Below, in pieces: positions 1-12,631 of a DNA stretch of 64,000 nucleotides. Every line of letters begins with the position of its first letter. Position 1 is the stretch's first letter. The notes beneath the pieces are model-generated. The model had not been told where the DNA came from. It did not search any database and saw nothing but the letters and a program-made list of their open reading frames with translations. Location of the stretch: positions 1,186,015-1,250,014 of the forward strand of contig NMRA01000057.1 of NCBI GenBank assembly GCA_002633005.1, given 5' to 3'. A program made the translations under genes and the position numbers. Origin of the DNA: Phoronis australis. Its lineage: Eukaryota > Animalia > Phoronida.

Positions 1-676
1 TGAATGCACTGGCGGGGAAGAACTCCCCTAAATACATGTACTGTATGCCTATGGGATGTGAATGATGTTTAACTGTCAGTGATTAAGAAGTCAAAACTTG
101 ATAACCTTGCAGGTAAACTGCCCGGGCTTGCTGATCAATTTTAACGAGATTAGTAAGACCGTTTGGCAATGATGTTGTCCAGTGGTCACTGTTGTATGGC
201 TCCTAATGCGCCCGAAAAGACGCTGCCGCTGTATTGCATTCGTGTGAACTTTGAAAGGAGATAAAAATTAATAAATTCACCTGTTTTCGTTTGTTCTTCA
301 TGAATGTGGAAGTTATGAAATGAATGAAGGGTGTAGACTGCATTTGATGCAGCTGTTCCGATATCTATTACAACTTAGTTTTGGACAAATCAGATATTCA
401 ACTTCATTTTGAAGGCGTCAGACGAATGTAGCTACATGTAAAAGGTTCTAATTTGAGTTACCAGAAGTACATGGAACTGAATGAATTGTACATTTTGAAG
501 GCTTCACGATTTCATGTAATTATTTTGTCCAATGATGTACAAAAGTATTCTTCGCAATGTGCTTAGCAAAATGGAAATGAACATGTTGTCATGTTACAGT
601 AGAGAGCCACTGTCTGAATATCGAGCTGGGGTGTACCTGATGTGTTTACACTCCGCTGGCATATCATTTCTGACTC

Positions 677-1075
677 CAGTGCCTAGTCTCGAATCTTTTT
701 ATTCGAGATGGAGCTCGAAACAATGTTTGGCATTTTTTAATCTACTTTTGTGCGAACTCAAGATAAGTGTATTACTCTATGCTCGAGTGCATTATGTCTT
801 ACGTGGATGATTTATTAAGTCCTAGTTTGCAATTGACAAATCCAACATTAAAGCTAAGAGTTTGAACTCGAAATTTCGAGTTTTCACTCGAGTTTGTAGC
901 GCGATTATAAGGGTTTTTAAGTCCGAACTTGGACTAGACACTCATATGTATGAACTATAATTATTCGAGCACAATCTGATAACCACTTATCTTGAGTTCG
1001 CACAAAAGGAGCAGAGAAATTGTCAACAATAATTTCGATTTCATTTCCAGTGCCTAGATTCGAGACCGGGCCCTG
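677..1075. mobile_element. Harbinger-type MITE, present only in gene B
   Basis: Imperfect TIRs CAGTGCCTAGTCTCGAA / TTCGAGACCGGGCCCTG; absent at the paralogous site ~42483. Confidence 0.6.
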
Positions 1076-2501
1076 GTTTGTGATTTCTCTATGACATAAA
1101 TTTGGGAAAACAGGCATACGTATGCCCTACTTTGTCCACTTCAATGTCCCATTTTTGCATGAAACAGCGCAGGGCCCCTCGCCCCAACGCCCGCATGTTG
1201 TTGGCACAGTGACATTATTGCGATATATGTATGACATCAATCGGAGTTATATCTGACTTAATTCGCGAATAATATCGCACGATTTATCAATGTCATCCAG
1301 AATTTTATTTAAGTCAGACATAAATAACATGAATATGACCTACCGCTATTCTGTTTATATCTGACACCAAACATATTAATGCCTGATGTAAGTCAGCCAA
1401 TGAGAATAGTTGATACATTCATTGCTTCATTGATTTGCCCGCAATGTTTCCAGCTGTCGAGTGATTCAGTACCTTGTTAACGGTTTTCAATAATGACACT
1501 CTTGTGCCGTTGGCCAAATCGGTGTACGTTACGCACATCAATTACATGTATGTGCGTCAAATAATTTTTAACGATATAAATTGACGGGGTAGATTAATAA
1601 TTTGCTTCACACGTAGGCCTGCTGTTCTCCGCATAAGTGGTCACAGGACAGTAATGAGATCACGAAAAAATATGGAGACTGTTGATATCTTTCTTGTGTT
1701 CAGCCAGTACAGTGTATATCTACATGATGCGAAAATTTGAGGGATCATACCAACATAAAACTGACGGCAATCGTTATGGTTTACCTGTTTTCCATTTTGT
1801 ACGCGTATTTCAAATTTAATCTAAAGAGTGTCTACAGTGTTTACTACACAGTGAATTGTTAACATATTTCTTGTGTTCAGCCAGTCTTTGATTCGAAATT
1901 TCAGTGGTCATGACAACGTAAAATTCACAGCAATCGATATAGTTCATCTCACTACGCTAAATGTTTCGTGCTGTCAATGTTTGTAATCATGACAATATTT
2001 GTGTCAAATTTTTAGAGAATATTCACCTACAGGAACTCCATGCTGGGAGATCAAGCAATAGCAATTATGTCGAAACATACACCTGTACATCTGGAGTATT
2101 AGAAGAGTTTTTAGTTGACAGATCTTATGCTATGCATGTGAAGTGAATACTCTGATACGATAGTTTGTTTTCTGTCTACTACAGTACCCGAGGAAGATAA
2201 CTGATCAGTTATCGAAACGTTGTTTTTATGCTACTGTACGTTCTTGCGTTATAGTCCTAAGGCAATGGGACATCCTCCACACGTATGCTTGCTGTAATCC
2301 ACAGAAGTGGTCACAGGACAGTAGATCAAGGAAATTAATTCTTGAGAGATTTCCAGTTTAGAAAAACAATTCGAACTACGTTGATAAGAAAATAATGCTA
2401 CGAACTGTACTTGTGAAAACGGCATGTTAACTGTGGACGTTGAAGGTCATTGTAATCACTGAACAATGTTAATTTTGAATGTGAGAAACATTTTGACATA
2501 C

Positions 2502-2537
2502 CTCCACCTCCTCCAGTTTCAGTTGGCGTAACTGTAG
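2502..2537 (-). CDS. Gene B micro-exon (ATVTPTETGGGG)
   Basis: 36 nt, TCTTCAG acceptor and GAG|GTATGT donor. Confidence 0.7.
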
Positions 2538-3322
2538 CTGAAGATCAGAATTTAGCATTGTTACATACATCCACAAGTGAAAGTTGAGTCTCGAGACAAG
2601 TGCAAACTCAAGTGATCAAAGGTTGCTGTGTGTGAATGAAACTGAAACACGAGCACTTAGTAATCTAAATAGTATTTTCAGTGTTGATAGAATGAATACT
2701 CAGTGCTTTGTTAGCATCGTTCTTGTGTTCAGCCAGTCTATGATGCAAAATCTCAAAGCAATCGCTATTGTTCATCTGAACACACTAAAGGGCTTCCTGG
2801 AGTTTAGATCATGACAATAACTATGTCAAACTCTTAATCCATGATGCTATTCACATACAGGCCCTCAAGGCTGAGAAATCACTCCATAGCAGTGTTGGAA
2901 CATGCATGTTGGAGTCGTGGTAGAGGTTTTGGTTGACAGATATTGTGTCCTGCATTGTGATGTGAAGTGAACGTTCTGATACCATAGATTATTTAGTGTC
3001 TACTACAGTACCTGAGGAAGATAATTGGTCAGTAAAGAAACGTTGTTTTCATCCTAGATTCTAGTGTTATTTTTGTTTTGTACATTTTACTTCTCGTTTC
3101 ATTGGCCAAAAACAAATATTAAGCGGCAGAATAATTATTGATTAATATTCAAACGTCGTTTTCATGCTGCACTCTGGCGTCATTTTTTTCAGGATTTCTT
3201 ACTTGTCATTATTGCACAAATACTAACATCATTCATTTGAAAGCGTCATACGGTGTGCCTACTATTAAGCTCTGTCTTAGGTGAACAAAGTTAATTTTGA
3301 GTTAGAGAAAAATATTTCATAC

Positions 3323-3358
3323 CTCCACTTTCTCCATTTCCAGTTGGCATAATCGTAT
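3323..3358 (-). pseudogene. Gene B micro-exon (DTIMPTGNGESG) with AG->GG acceptor mutation
   Basis: Exon identical to 46650-46685, but the acceptor reads TTTACGG. Confidence 0.65.
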
Positions 3359-3974
3359 CCGTAAATCATAACTTAGTTTTAAAGTAAGTATTGCTACATG
3401 TATCTATACGTGAAAGTTGAGTCTCGATACAAATGGAAACCCAAGTGGTGAAAAGTCACTGCGTGTGAATTAGATTTTATAGTGTATTCGATTTAACAAG
3501 TATAGCATTTTCGCAGTACACGTTTTGGATTAAGTACGACTGAGTAAAAACCAATGAAAACATAATCGCATCCATAGATTTTTGGGAGTTAACAGATCTT
3601 TAGAGAAAGTTCCCTTCAGCACATTGACCTTTCAAAGTTAAAGTACGATACAATCCTGATTTTCCAATTTCGTAAACCATTACTGCATCATTTGGAAAAA
3701 CTGTGATACAAAATGTCAAATTAGTCCGAAAGCAATGGGAAATCCTCAACACGCATGGTTACTGTAATCCACGGAAGTACTCGCACAGCATTAGATAATG
3801 GAAAAATGAACTCTTGAGAGATTTGCAATTTAGAACAACAATTCGAACTGCGCTGATAAGAAAATGATGCTACTAAGTGTTCTTGTGAGAGCGACATGTT
3901 ATCTGGGGAAGTTGAAGGTCTATGTAATCACTAAGCAATGTTAACTTTTGAATGTGAGAAACATTACGGCATAC

Positions 3975-4010
3975 CTCTACCTCCTTCATCTCCAGTTGGC
4001 TTAACTGTAG
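3975..4010 (-). CDS. Gene B micro-exon (ATVKPTGDEGGR)
   Basis: 36 nt, TTTTCAG acceptor and GAG|GTATGC donor; positional paralog of 47316-47351. Confidence 0.7.
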
Positions 4011-4731
4011 CTGAAAATCATAACTTAGTTTTAAAATAAGTAGTGTTACATACATCTACAATTAAAAGTTGAGTATCAAGACAAATGAAAACCCAAGTGA
4101 GGAAGAGGTACTGTGTGTGAATGAAATTAAAACACGAGCACTTAGTAATCTAATATTGTTTTTCAAAGTTGAGAGAATGAATACACAGCGCTTTGTTAGC
4201 ATCATTCTTCTGTTCAGCCAGTCTATGATGCAAAATTCGAGTGGTCATGCCAAAGTGAAATTCAAAACAATCGTTATTGTTCATCTGACCACATTAAAGG
4301 GCTTCCTGGGGTTAATGTTTTTGATTATGACAATAAAAATGTCAAACTTTTAATCCATGAGGCTATTCACATACAGGCGCTCAATGCCGAGAGATCACAA
4401 TTTCAGTACTGGAACATACAGGTTGGAGTCGTGATAGAGTTTTTAGTTGACAGATCCTGTGTCATGCATTGTGATGTGAAATGAACAACCTGATACGATA
4501 GTTTATTTCCTGTCTTCAATTGTACCTGAGGAAGATAATTCATTAGTATTGAAATGTTGTTTTCATCCTACATACTAGTGTCATTTTTGTTTTGTGCCAT
4601 TTTTGTTTTGTACATTTCTCATTTGGCCAAAGACTAATGATATTCTCGTGAAAGCAGCATGTTTCCTGTGTATTATTGAGCTCTGTATTCGGTGAATAAA
4701 GTTCATTTCAAGTTAAATAATATTAGTATAC

Positions 4732-4767
4732 CTCCACTTCCTCCATTTTCAAGTCGATTAATGGTGT
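4732..4767 (-). pseudogene. Gene B decayed micro-exon (acceptor lost)
   Basis: The 3' half (..ENGGSG|GTATAC) is recognisable, but there is no AG at the expected acceptor. Confidence 0.5.
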
Positions 4768-5045
4768 GTTACTTTTAAAATAAGTGCTCATGTCCATAAG
4801 GAAAAGTTGATACTCGAAACAAATGGGAACCCCAACTGCCAAAAGTTACTGAGTGCACTTGAAAATGAAAACATGAGTACTTAGTAATCTACAACAGAAT
4901 GAACACAAAGGGCACTGCTTTACTTTTCTTGCGTTTCATTTGCCTAAAAACAATCACTATTGCATTAAAAGCGATATATGGTCTGTCTACCGCTAATATC
5001 TGTACTCAATAAAGAAAGCTAATAATTTGACAACGTTTTTCTTAC

Positions 5046-5081
5046 CGCCACCTTCCCCATTTTCAGTTGGCATAATGGTAC
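5046..5081 (-). CDS. Gene B micro-exon (GTIMPTENGEGG)
   Basis: 36 nt, TTTACAG acceptor and GCG|GTAAGA donor. Confidence 0.7.
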
Positions 5082-5945
5082 CTGTAAATCATAATTTAGT
5101 TGTACATAAAATATTCTCACGTAGCTACAACTCAAAGTTGAAACTCAACACAAATGAAAACCCAAGTTGCGAAATTTTATTGGGTGTACACTTAACTCAT
5201 AAAAATAACATTAATGGGATGTCTGTTTTTTAATTTATACTCAATTAAAAGCAAAGAACTTAAAATTTAGTGCCAAAACCGTTCTGAATTTCTTGTCAAC
5301 TTGTGCCTTAATAGCAAAAAGAACTTGTTCTTCAGTTGCTCAGCGGCCAGGTCAGTGGTCCTGACTTGTCTGACATAGTCGTAGCGCCACCATGTGGATT
5401 AGAGTCTAAAATTACGCTTTGCAAAACCTTGTATGACTGAGCAGGAGTACTCTCCAACAACTAATCTAACAAAACCTTCAAAACATGCTCACAATGAAGT
5501 ACTACACTGGACACCAGAGTATAAAGTGATGTTCAACGTGTTTCGCTACTTTGACAACATGCAGATGGAAGTGCAGCCAGCTAATGTAAATGGCACTACC
5601 GCTTGAAGTATCCCGCTTATTGTTGACGACACGTGTACTGTACTATAGTATTGAGAAAAACACGGAGTAAGAAGCATTAGGCCGCTTTTGACTACACAAA
5701 GGCACTTGAATATCCCCATTTATTGCAGAATTTCCGCAACATTTGGAAAACTGTTTTCAAAAATGTCAAAATACTTTGAGCAACCACTAATGTCTGATGT
5801 TTTCAGTGACCGTAACTATTCATCAGAAAAACATGAGTTTGTGAGATTTGCAGATTGGAACAACTCGAATTTCGTTATAAAGAAAATGATGGCATTAATG
5901 CTGGATCAAAGTTAAATTTGTTATTATAGAAAAACATTGACATAC

Positions 5946-5981
5946 CTCTAACTTCTCCATTTGTGGTTGGCTTGGTTGTAT
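5946..5981 (-). CDS. Gene B micro-exon (DTTKPTTNGEVR)
   Basis: 36 nt, TTTTTCAG acceptor and GAG|GTATGT donor. Confidence 0.65.
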
Positions 5982-5998
5982 CTGAAAAACGTAATTAA

Positions 5999-7414
5999 AA
6001 GAGGCCTGAACTACATATTTTAGCATATTGATATGTATTTTGAAAGCATAAAGGCTTGTTACTGGCATTCACATACTCCTAAATAATGCACAATGATTTT
6101 CTTTTTTACTTTGAAAACTAAAAATTTCTCAGTTCCGTCAATCCCCATTGCAAGCGATGCTTTTCGTGACGTCACTGAGGCTGTACAGCACACAGAGATA
6201 TAGGTCATTAGCCGTGCAACATGTGCATACTCACAACCTTTTTCGTTTTTCTTTCCTGTGACTTGATTCATCCCATGGCCTAGCCAGCCAGCTAGCTGCA
6301 TGAAGACTAGCTTCAAAATACAACTGGGTACCAGTAGCACTGTGTGTTGAGCTCTGTTAGACTCCAAAATTTCACATAGCCCGGGTAGTTCTGCTCGTCA
6401 CCTCGCCGTCGTGAAACTTATATCAACATGTAGAGCTCTAAGCCGGGAAGGGAGCGTGCAAATATCTGGGAGTCAACCGACACTCACCTTGCCGGCTGGA
6501 GCCATTTAAGTGAAAAACAATCTAGTAAACATTTTATTTAGCAATTTTCCGCCTTTTGTAACAAGGAAAACAGTACGCTCAACACGTGCTACATGTATTT
6601 CCTAAAATTTTGAGACATCTGTCGGGAAATGATGACAGCTTCGCAGGGGCAAATATTTTTATGAAATTCGTTTATCTGGTATGAAAATATTAAAAACTTG
6701 TAAGGAAATGAAATCAGCTCTAATAATTTGTTGTGACATGTACACAACTTCGAAGAACAGTTCGACTGCTTGTTATAATTGGAAGTACAACTAAGTGAAC
6801 GAAACTGGCCATTAAGGCAACACGTGACGGCGCCCAAAGCCGACCTTCAAGAGAGCACCCAAATTTTAAGCAGCAGCTGGAGTGAACGGCAGAACGCCAA
6901 CAACTTCAGGGAAGAGTGCCATTTTAACGACACTAATTTAGTGTCAGATTTTATTTGATAAGTTTTTACCCACATCGTTGCAAAGGCCGCTGTATATATT
7001 TACTATATAATACAGCTTACACCAAGGCAAGGCTACGCAGTCGGGTCCCTTTCCTGGCTCGTGCCGAGAACGGCATCGTTCCACTAACAGTCAACACTAC
7101 ACGGCAGTAAACTTGAATTATGAACTTTTGAGAGCCGAGATTGCAGACAAATAATACACATTAAACACAGTTCTGTAGCCGATAGGCATTCACCCAATAA
7201 GCTATATACATAATAAGCTTAAATTATGTTATTGCCTTCACCCACAGTACAGACTCAGTGACGTCAGACGCGCGTTAGCCAATAGTATCTAACATTGGAA
7301 AAACGCTTTTTTTTCAAAATTGTGAAAGAGTATTATAGAGGTGCTTTCTGATATAGACTTTATTCATCAGTTAAATTACATTAAAAACGCTTGTTATTGT
7401 CTTTCAGGAACCTT
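5999..7414. mobile_element. Non-autonomous Kolobok-like DNA element (second copy 8799-10217; reversed remnant at ~55440-55902 and 61541-61740)
   Basis: TTAA on both sides; imperfect TIR AAGAGGCCTGAA / TTCAGGAACCTT; dispersed homolog in the gene A intron. Confidence 0.55.
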
Positions 7415-8361
7415 TTAAATGTTAATTTCCATCAACGTTGGTATCTCGAAGCAAAAATTGGTGCGCGAGAAAATTATAAGCGCAAACACCAAAAATATAC
7501 TCCTCACGTACAGTTATAACGCATGAGATGTCCACATTTATTAACTAACAATTCTTAACCTTTGCAGTTAAGTGAAAATACACTTTTGGATTGGCAACAA
7601 AAACGTTAATTCATCCTTCAGCATTTAGAGCGGTCAAGGTCCGTATATGTAATCTATGTCCATGAGCCCGGAGGCTGATTCCGAAGGCACGACATTGCAC
7701 GAAATCCATTGCTGTTGTTGTGAGCAAAAGAACTCCCGAAAAAATGATGACCTAGCAAAATCTTTGAAATTTATTCACGAAGAAACTTACTCAGAACACT
7801 ACATTAATGCTGGATGAGTTTTGCTACTTTGATAACATGCAAATGACGATTCACCCAGCAATTGTCAACTGCACTGATGCCTGAAATTTCACCTGACAAC
7901 AAAAGTAGTGTGGATTACGGACAGAAACACGGAGTAGCAATTCACAAGAATTCATAAAATTGCCTGAGATTTGATTATATTTGCAAATATAACCACAACT
8001 TGAGGTTGCAAACTGGTGAATACACCTGTAGGAACACATATCTGCAGTACATGTATTTTATCAGATCGTTCAAGCACCACATGAAGCAGACACGTCCAAC
8101 AAAGAAACTGAAGCGTAGTCACCTCAACTGAAACCCACACGACAAAATTTCGGGCTTACAAAATACAATACAATCAATTCCTTAACACTGCCAGACTTTA
8201 ATTCCATTTCCTGAGTAAAATGTGTACTCTTTCACAATGCTACGAAAGATTTTCAGTACGAGTGGCGCTGCGTCTGAGAGTAGGGTAACATGATACTGAC
8301 TTCCTACTAAATCCATGACAACAGGACTTAGTGCTCCAACACAATTTAAATAATATCTTAC

Positions 8362-8682
8362 CAGTCACTTCAATGGCCCCAGTTTCAGCTGACAAAGTAG
8401 CCTGTCTGTTGGACACTTGACATCTGAACTTTGCACCATCATCAGCTACATCCAAGTTGACCGTCAGTATGCTGGTGACGCTAGTGGTTCCATCACTGTT
8501 GTTGGCGGTAGTCGTGTTAATATTCTCTGTTATATCTGCGAAAGCACCGCTACCTATCCGACGTGACCACAACATAGATGCTTGAGGTTTACCCAAGTTA
8601 GCTGTACACGTGAGGACAGTTGGTCCTGCTCCAACAAAAACAGACGTCGGAACTCCAGATATATATGGTGAGCTTGGGAGTA
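8362..8682 (-). CDS. Gene B Ig C2-set exon, 3' copy (tandem duplicate)
   Basis: 321 nt, intact splice sites and Cys/Trp; 20 nt differences from 11164-11484 by my count. Confidence 0.8.
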
Positions 8683-11163
8683 CTGTGGAAACAAAAAAGG
8701 CGTGACACCGTGGCAAGATTGTCATAAAAACGCTCATAACAATAATGTTATATTTTCAAGAAAAGGTTGGCTTGATTGTATCTGCAAAACGTAATTAAAA
8801 GAGGCCTGAACTTCATATTTCAGCATACTAATATTTATTTTGAAAGTATAAAGGTTTGTTACTGACATCCACATTTTCCTAAATAGTGCACAGTGTTTTT
8901 CTTTTTTACTTTGAAAAGTGAAAATTTCTCACTTGCAAGCGATGCTTTTCGTGACGTCACTGAGGCTGTACAGCACAAAGAGATATAGGTCATTAGCCGT
9001 GCAACATGTGCATACTCACAACCTTTTCCGTTTTCTTTCCTGTGAATTCGATTCATCCCATGGCCTAGCCAGCCAGCTAGCTGTATGAACACTAGCTTCA
9101 AAATACAACTAGGTACCAGTAGCACTTTGTGTTGAGCTCCGTTAGAATCCGAGGTTTCACATAGCCCGGGTAGTTCTGCTCGTCACCTCGCCGTCGTTAA
9201 ACTTATATCAACATGTAGAGCTCTAAACCGGGAAGGGAGCGTGCAAGTATCTGGGAGTTAACCGACACTCACCTTCCCGCTGGAGCCATTTAAATGAAAA
9301 ACAATCTAGTAAACGTTATTTTATTTTGCAATTCTCCGCATTTTGTAACAATGAAAACATTACGCTCAACACGCGCTATTGCCTAAAGTTTTGAGACATC
9401 TTTCGGGAAATGATGACAGCTTCGCAGGGGCAAGATTTTTTATGAAATTCGTGTTTCTGGTATTAAAATACTAAAAACTTGTAAGGAAATGAAATCAGCT
9501 CTAATAATTTGTTGTGACATGTACACAGCTTCGAAGAACAGTTCGACCGCTTGTTATAATTGGAAGTTCAACTCGGTGAACGAAACTGGCCATTAAGGCA
9601 ACACGTAACGGTGCCGAAAGCCGAACTTCAAGAGAGCATCCAAATTTTAGCAGCAGCCGGAGTGAACGGCAGAACGCCTACTTTTTCAACACCAGTAAAT
9701 AATTTAGTTTACTCAAGGAAGAGTGTCATTTTAATGACACTAATTTTGTGTCAGATTTTATTTGATAAGTTTTTACTCACATCGGTGCGAAGGCCGCTGT
9801 ATATATTTACTATATAATACAGCTTACACCAAGGCAAGCCTACGCAGTCGGGTCCCTTTCCTGGCCCGTGCCGAGAACGGCATCGTTCCACTAACAGTCA
9901 ACACTACACGGCAGTAAACGTGAATTATGAAATTTTGAGAGCCGAGATTGCAGACGAATTATACACATTTAACACAGTTCTGTAGCCGAGGCATTCACCC
10001 AATAAGCTATATACATAATAAGCTTAAATTATGTTATTGCCTTCACCCCACAGTACAGACTCAGTGACGTCATACGCGCGTTAGCCAATAGTAATTAACA
10101 TTGGAAAAACGTTTTTTTCAAAAAATGAAAGAGTCGCAAAGAGGTGTTTTCTGATATAGACTTTATACATCAATTAAATTACATTAAAAACGCATGTTAT
10201 TGTCTTTCATGAACCTTTTAAGTATTTGCATCAACGTTCGTATCTCGAAGCAAGAATTGGTGCGCGAGAATATTATAAGCGCAAACACCAAAAATATACT
10301 CCTCACGTACAGTTACAACGCATGAGATGTCCACATTTATTAACTAACAATTCTTAACCTTCGCAGTTAAGTGAAAATACACTTTTGGATTGGCAACAAA
10401 AACGTTAATTCATCCCTCAGCATTTAGAGCGGTCAAGGTCCGTATATGTAATCTATGTCCATGAGCCCGGAGGCGGATTCCGAAGGCACGACATTGCACG
10501 AAATCCATTGCTGTTGTTGTGAGCAAAAGAACTCCCGAAAAAAATGATAAACTAACAAAATCTCTGAAATTTATTCACGAAGAAAACTTACTCAGAACAC
10601 TACATTAATGCTGGATGAGTTTTGCTACTTTGATAACATGCAAAGGACGATTCACCCAGCAATTGTCAACTGCACTGATGCCTGAAATTTCACCTGACAA
10701 CAAAAGTAGTGTGGATTACGGACAGAAACACGGATTAGCAATTCACAAGAATTCATCAAATTGCCTGAGATTTGATAATATTTGCAAATATAACCACAAC
10801 TTGAGGTTGCAAACTGGTGAATACACCTGTAGGAACACATGTCTGCAGTACATGTATTTTATCAGATCGTTCAAGCACCACATGAAGCAGACACGTCCAA
10901 CAAAGAAACTGAAGCGTATTCACCTCAACTGAAACCCACACGGCAAAATTCCGGGCTTACAAAATACAATACAATCAATTCCTCAACACTGCCAGACTTT
11001 AATTCCATTTCCTGAGTAAAATGTACACTCTTTCACAGTGCTACGAAAAATTTTCAGTATGAGTGGCGCTGCGTCTGAGAGTAGGGAAACATTGATAGTG
11101 ACTTCCTACTAAATCCCTGACAACAGAATTTAGTGCTCCAACACAATTTAAATAATATCTTAC

Positions 11164-11484
11164 CAGAAACTTCAATGGCCCCAGTTTCAGCTGACAAAGT
11201 AGCCTGTCTGTTGGACACTTGACATCTGAACTGTGCACCATCATCAGCTGCATCCAATTTGACCGTCAGTATGCTGGTGCCGCTAGTGGTTCCATCACTG
11301 TTGTTGGCGGTAGTCGTGTTAACATTCTCCGTTATATCTGTGTATGCACCGCTACCTATCCGACGTGACCACAACATAGATGCCTGTGGTTTCCCCAAGT
11401 TAGCTGTACACGTGAGGACAGTTGGTCCTGCTTCACCAAAAACAGACGTCGGAGCTCCAGATATAGATGGTGAGCCTGGGAGTG
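11164..11484 (-). CDS. Gene B Ig C2-set exon, 5' copy
   Basis: 321 nt, CCACAG acceptor and GTAAGA donor, both Cys and Trp intact; paralog of 49107-49427. Confidence 0.85.
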
Positions 11485-11582
11485 CTGTGGAAACAAAAAC
11501 GTGACACCGTTGCAAGATTGTCATAAAAACGCTCATAACAATAATGTTATATTTTCAAGAAAAGGAAACGTTAAACATATCT

Positions 11583-11826
11583 GGGGGCTCTTCCGTGAAA
11601 ACTGATTTCGCTGAGGCAAATCTTAAATTTCAGCCAATATTGAAATAAAACTTAAATTTGTCGCAGATTCATTTCAAGACAGAAGTCATAAATCTGACTG
11701 AAGTTTTTGACTTAATTTTTGTCTCAATTTTGATTACTTTTCAGGATGTGGAAGTTTAAAAGTTTCCAGGTTGAAACAAATTTCCGATTAAGTCAAAAAT
11801 GAAGTCGGTTTCTTGGAACAGGTACC
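11583..11826. mobile_element. Old Harbinger-derived MITE, related to the 63617-64000 element; orthologous copy at ~50785-50931
   Basis: Matches the 63617-63790 sequence (AAGTTTTTGACTTAA...GGATGTGGAAGTTT); right TIR GTTTCTTGGAACAGG is split by a solo LTR. Confidence 0.6.
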
Positions 11827-12631
11827 TGTCAGAATATAGTCTGACAATATTATTAGTTGTTTTGTTTTGTTTTGTTGTTCAGTTTGATTGGCATGACCCC
11901 AGAGTTAAGTACAGTTATGATGAAATTTGTTTACTACAGAATAGTATGGAACTTTTTAGTAGAATGAGCTCAGTAGTGATGATGTAATTTGTTTACGACA
12001 AAATAATGTGGAACTCTTTAGAAGACTGATTTTCAGAACAGTGATGACGTAATTTGTTTACTACAGTATAGTGTGGAACTTTCTAGAAGACTCTAGCATG
12101 ACAGTGATTAATGCAGTCCGGAATATTCTAGAGACTAGTACATGTTTGTAGAATGTTTGGGTAGATTCTGGAAAGTTCTAGAATGTGCTTGAATTGATGA
12201 AAATTTCAAGAACAATGCATTAGGCTATAAATACACAAGTACGGGTTTGTGTTATTCAGATCAAGTCAGATAATCAGCAGTTCAAGAAAGTTAATCAGGA
12301 GAATAACAGTTGAGTTACAGTGGAGAGAATCAGCAGTTACAGCGATATTAAATAGAGAGTCAACTATAGAGACAACAGGTTATTGAATCGACGAGTGTAA
12401 CAGTTGCTGAACTTGTCTCAGAAGTTCATCACAATTCCGAGGCTTCGCAGCATTGGCTGGAGCATAAACAGATATTACGTCGGACGTTTTGTTTCAGTAG
12501 ACTTTTGAACGTACGGTCGGGATTAACAAAGTATTAACTGGAACCAGTCTTCAGTCAATCATCGCACCGAAAGCTATTAGCACCGGTCTGTAACAACCTG
12601 CGCTCACCCATACACGGGGAAAAACGTGACA
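11827..12631 (+). mobile_element. Solo LTR (805 bp)
   Basis: TG...CA termini, near-perfect 5-bp TSD GTACC/GTCCC, TATAAA box; same family as 27536-28215. Confidence 0.85.

Larger units (their letters stand above)
1..5570. repeat. Segmental paralogy with 41860-48560 (3' parts of genes B and A), including the micro-exon+intron tandem array
   Basis: Collinear direct similarity, e.g. 1-30 vs 41860-41890, 450-670 vs 42250-42480, and shared array units. Confidence 0.9.
5965..11565. repeat. 2.8-kb tandem duplication (5965-8766 / 8765-11565) containing the C2 exon
   Basis: Near-identical units offset by ~2800 bp; junction at a GG microhomology (8765-8766). Confidence 0.95.

Noticed and set aside
2584-4353. 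Recurrent + strand ORFs (MSLETS.../MSIKTN..., also 45947-46231)
   Set aside because: Non-ATG starts in intronic repeat units, antisense to the Ig gene, with variable stops; recurrence reflects the tandem array
1600-5900. CRISPR-like or pure satellite interpretation of the repeat array
   Set aside because: Eukaryotic context, units of hundreds of bp with no unique spacers; explained by exon+intron duplication
7791-7881. Exon-like segment with TTTCAG acceptor and GTAAGT donor (duplicated near 10592-10681)
   Set aside because: In-frame stop in phase 1, and part of it matches intronic sequence at ~5540 and ~48540
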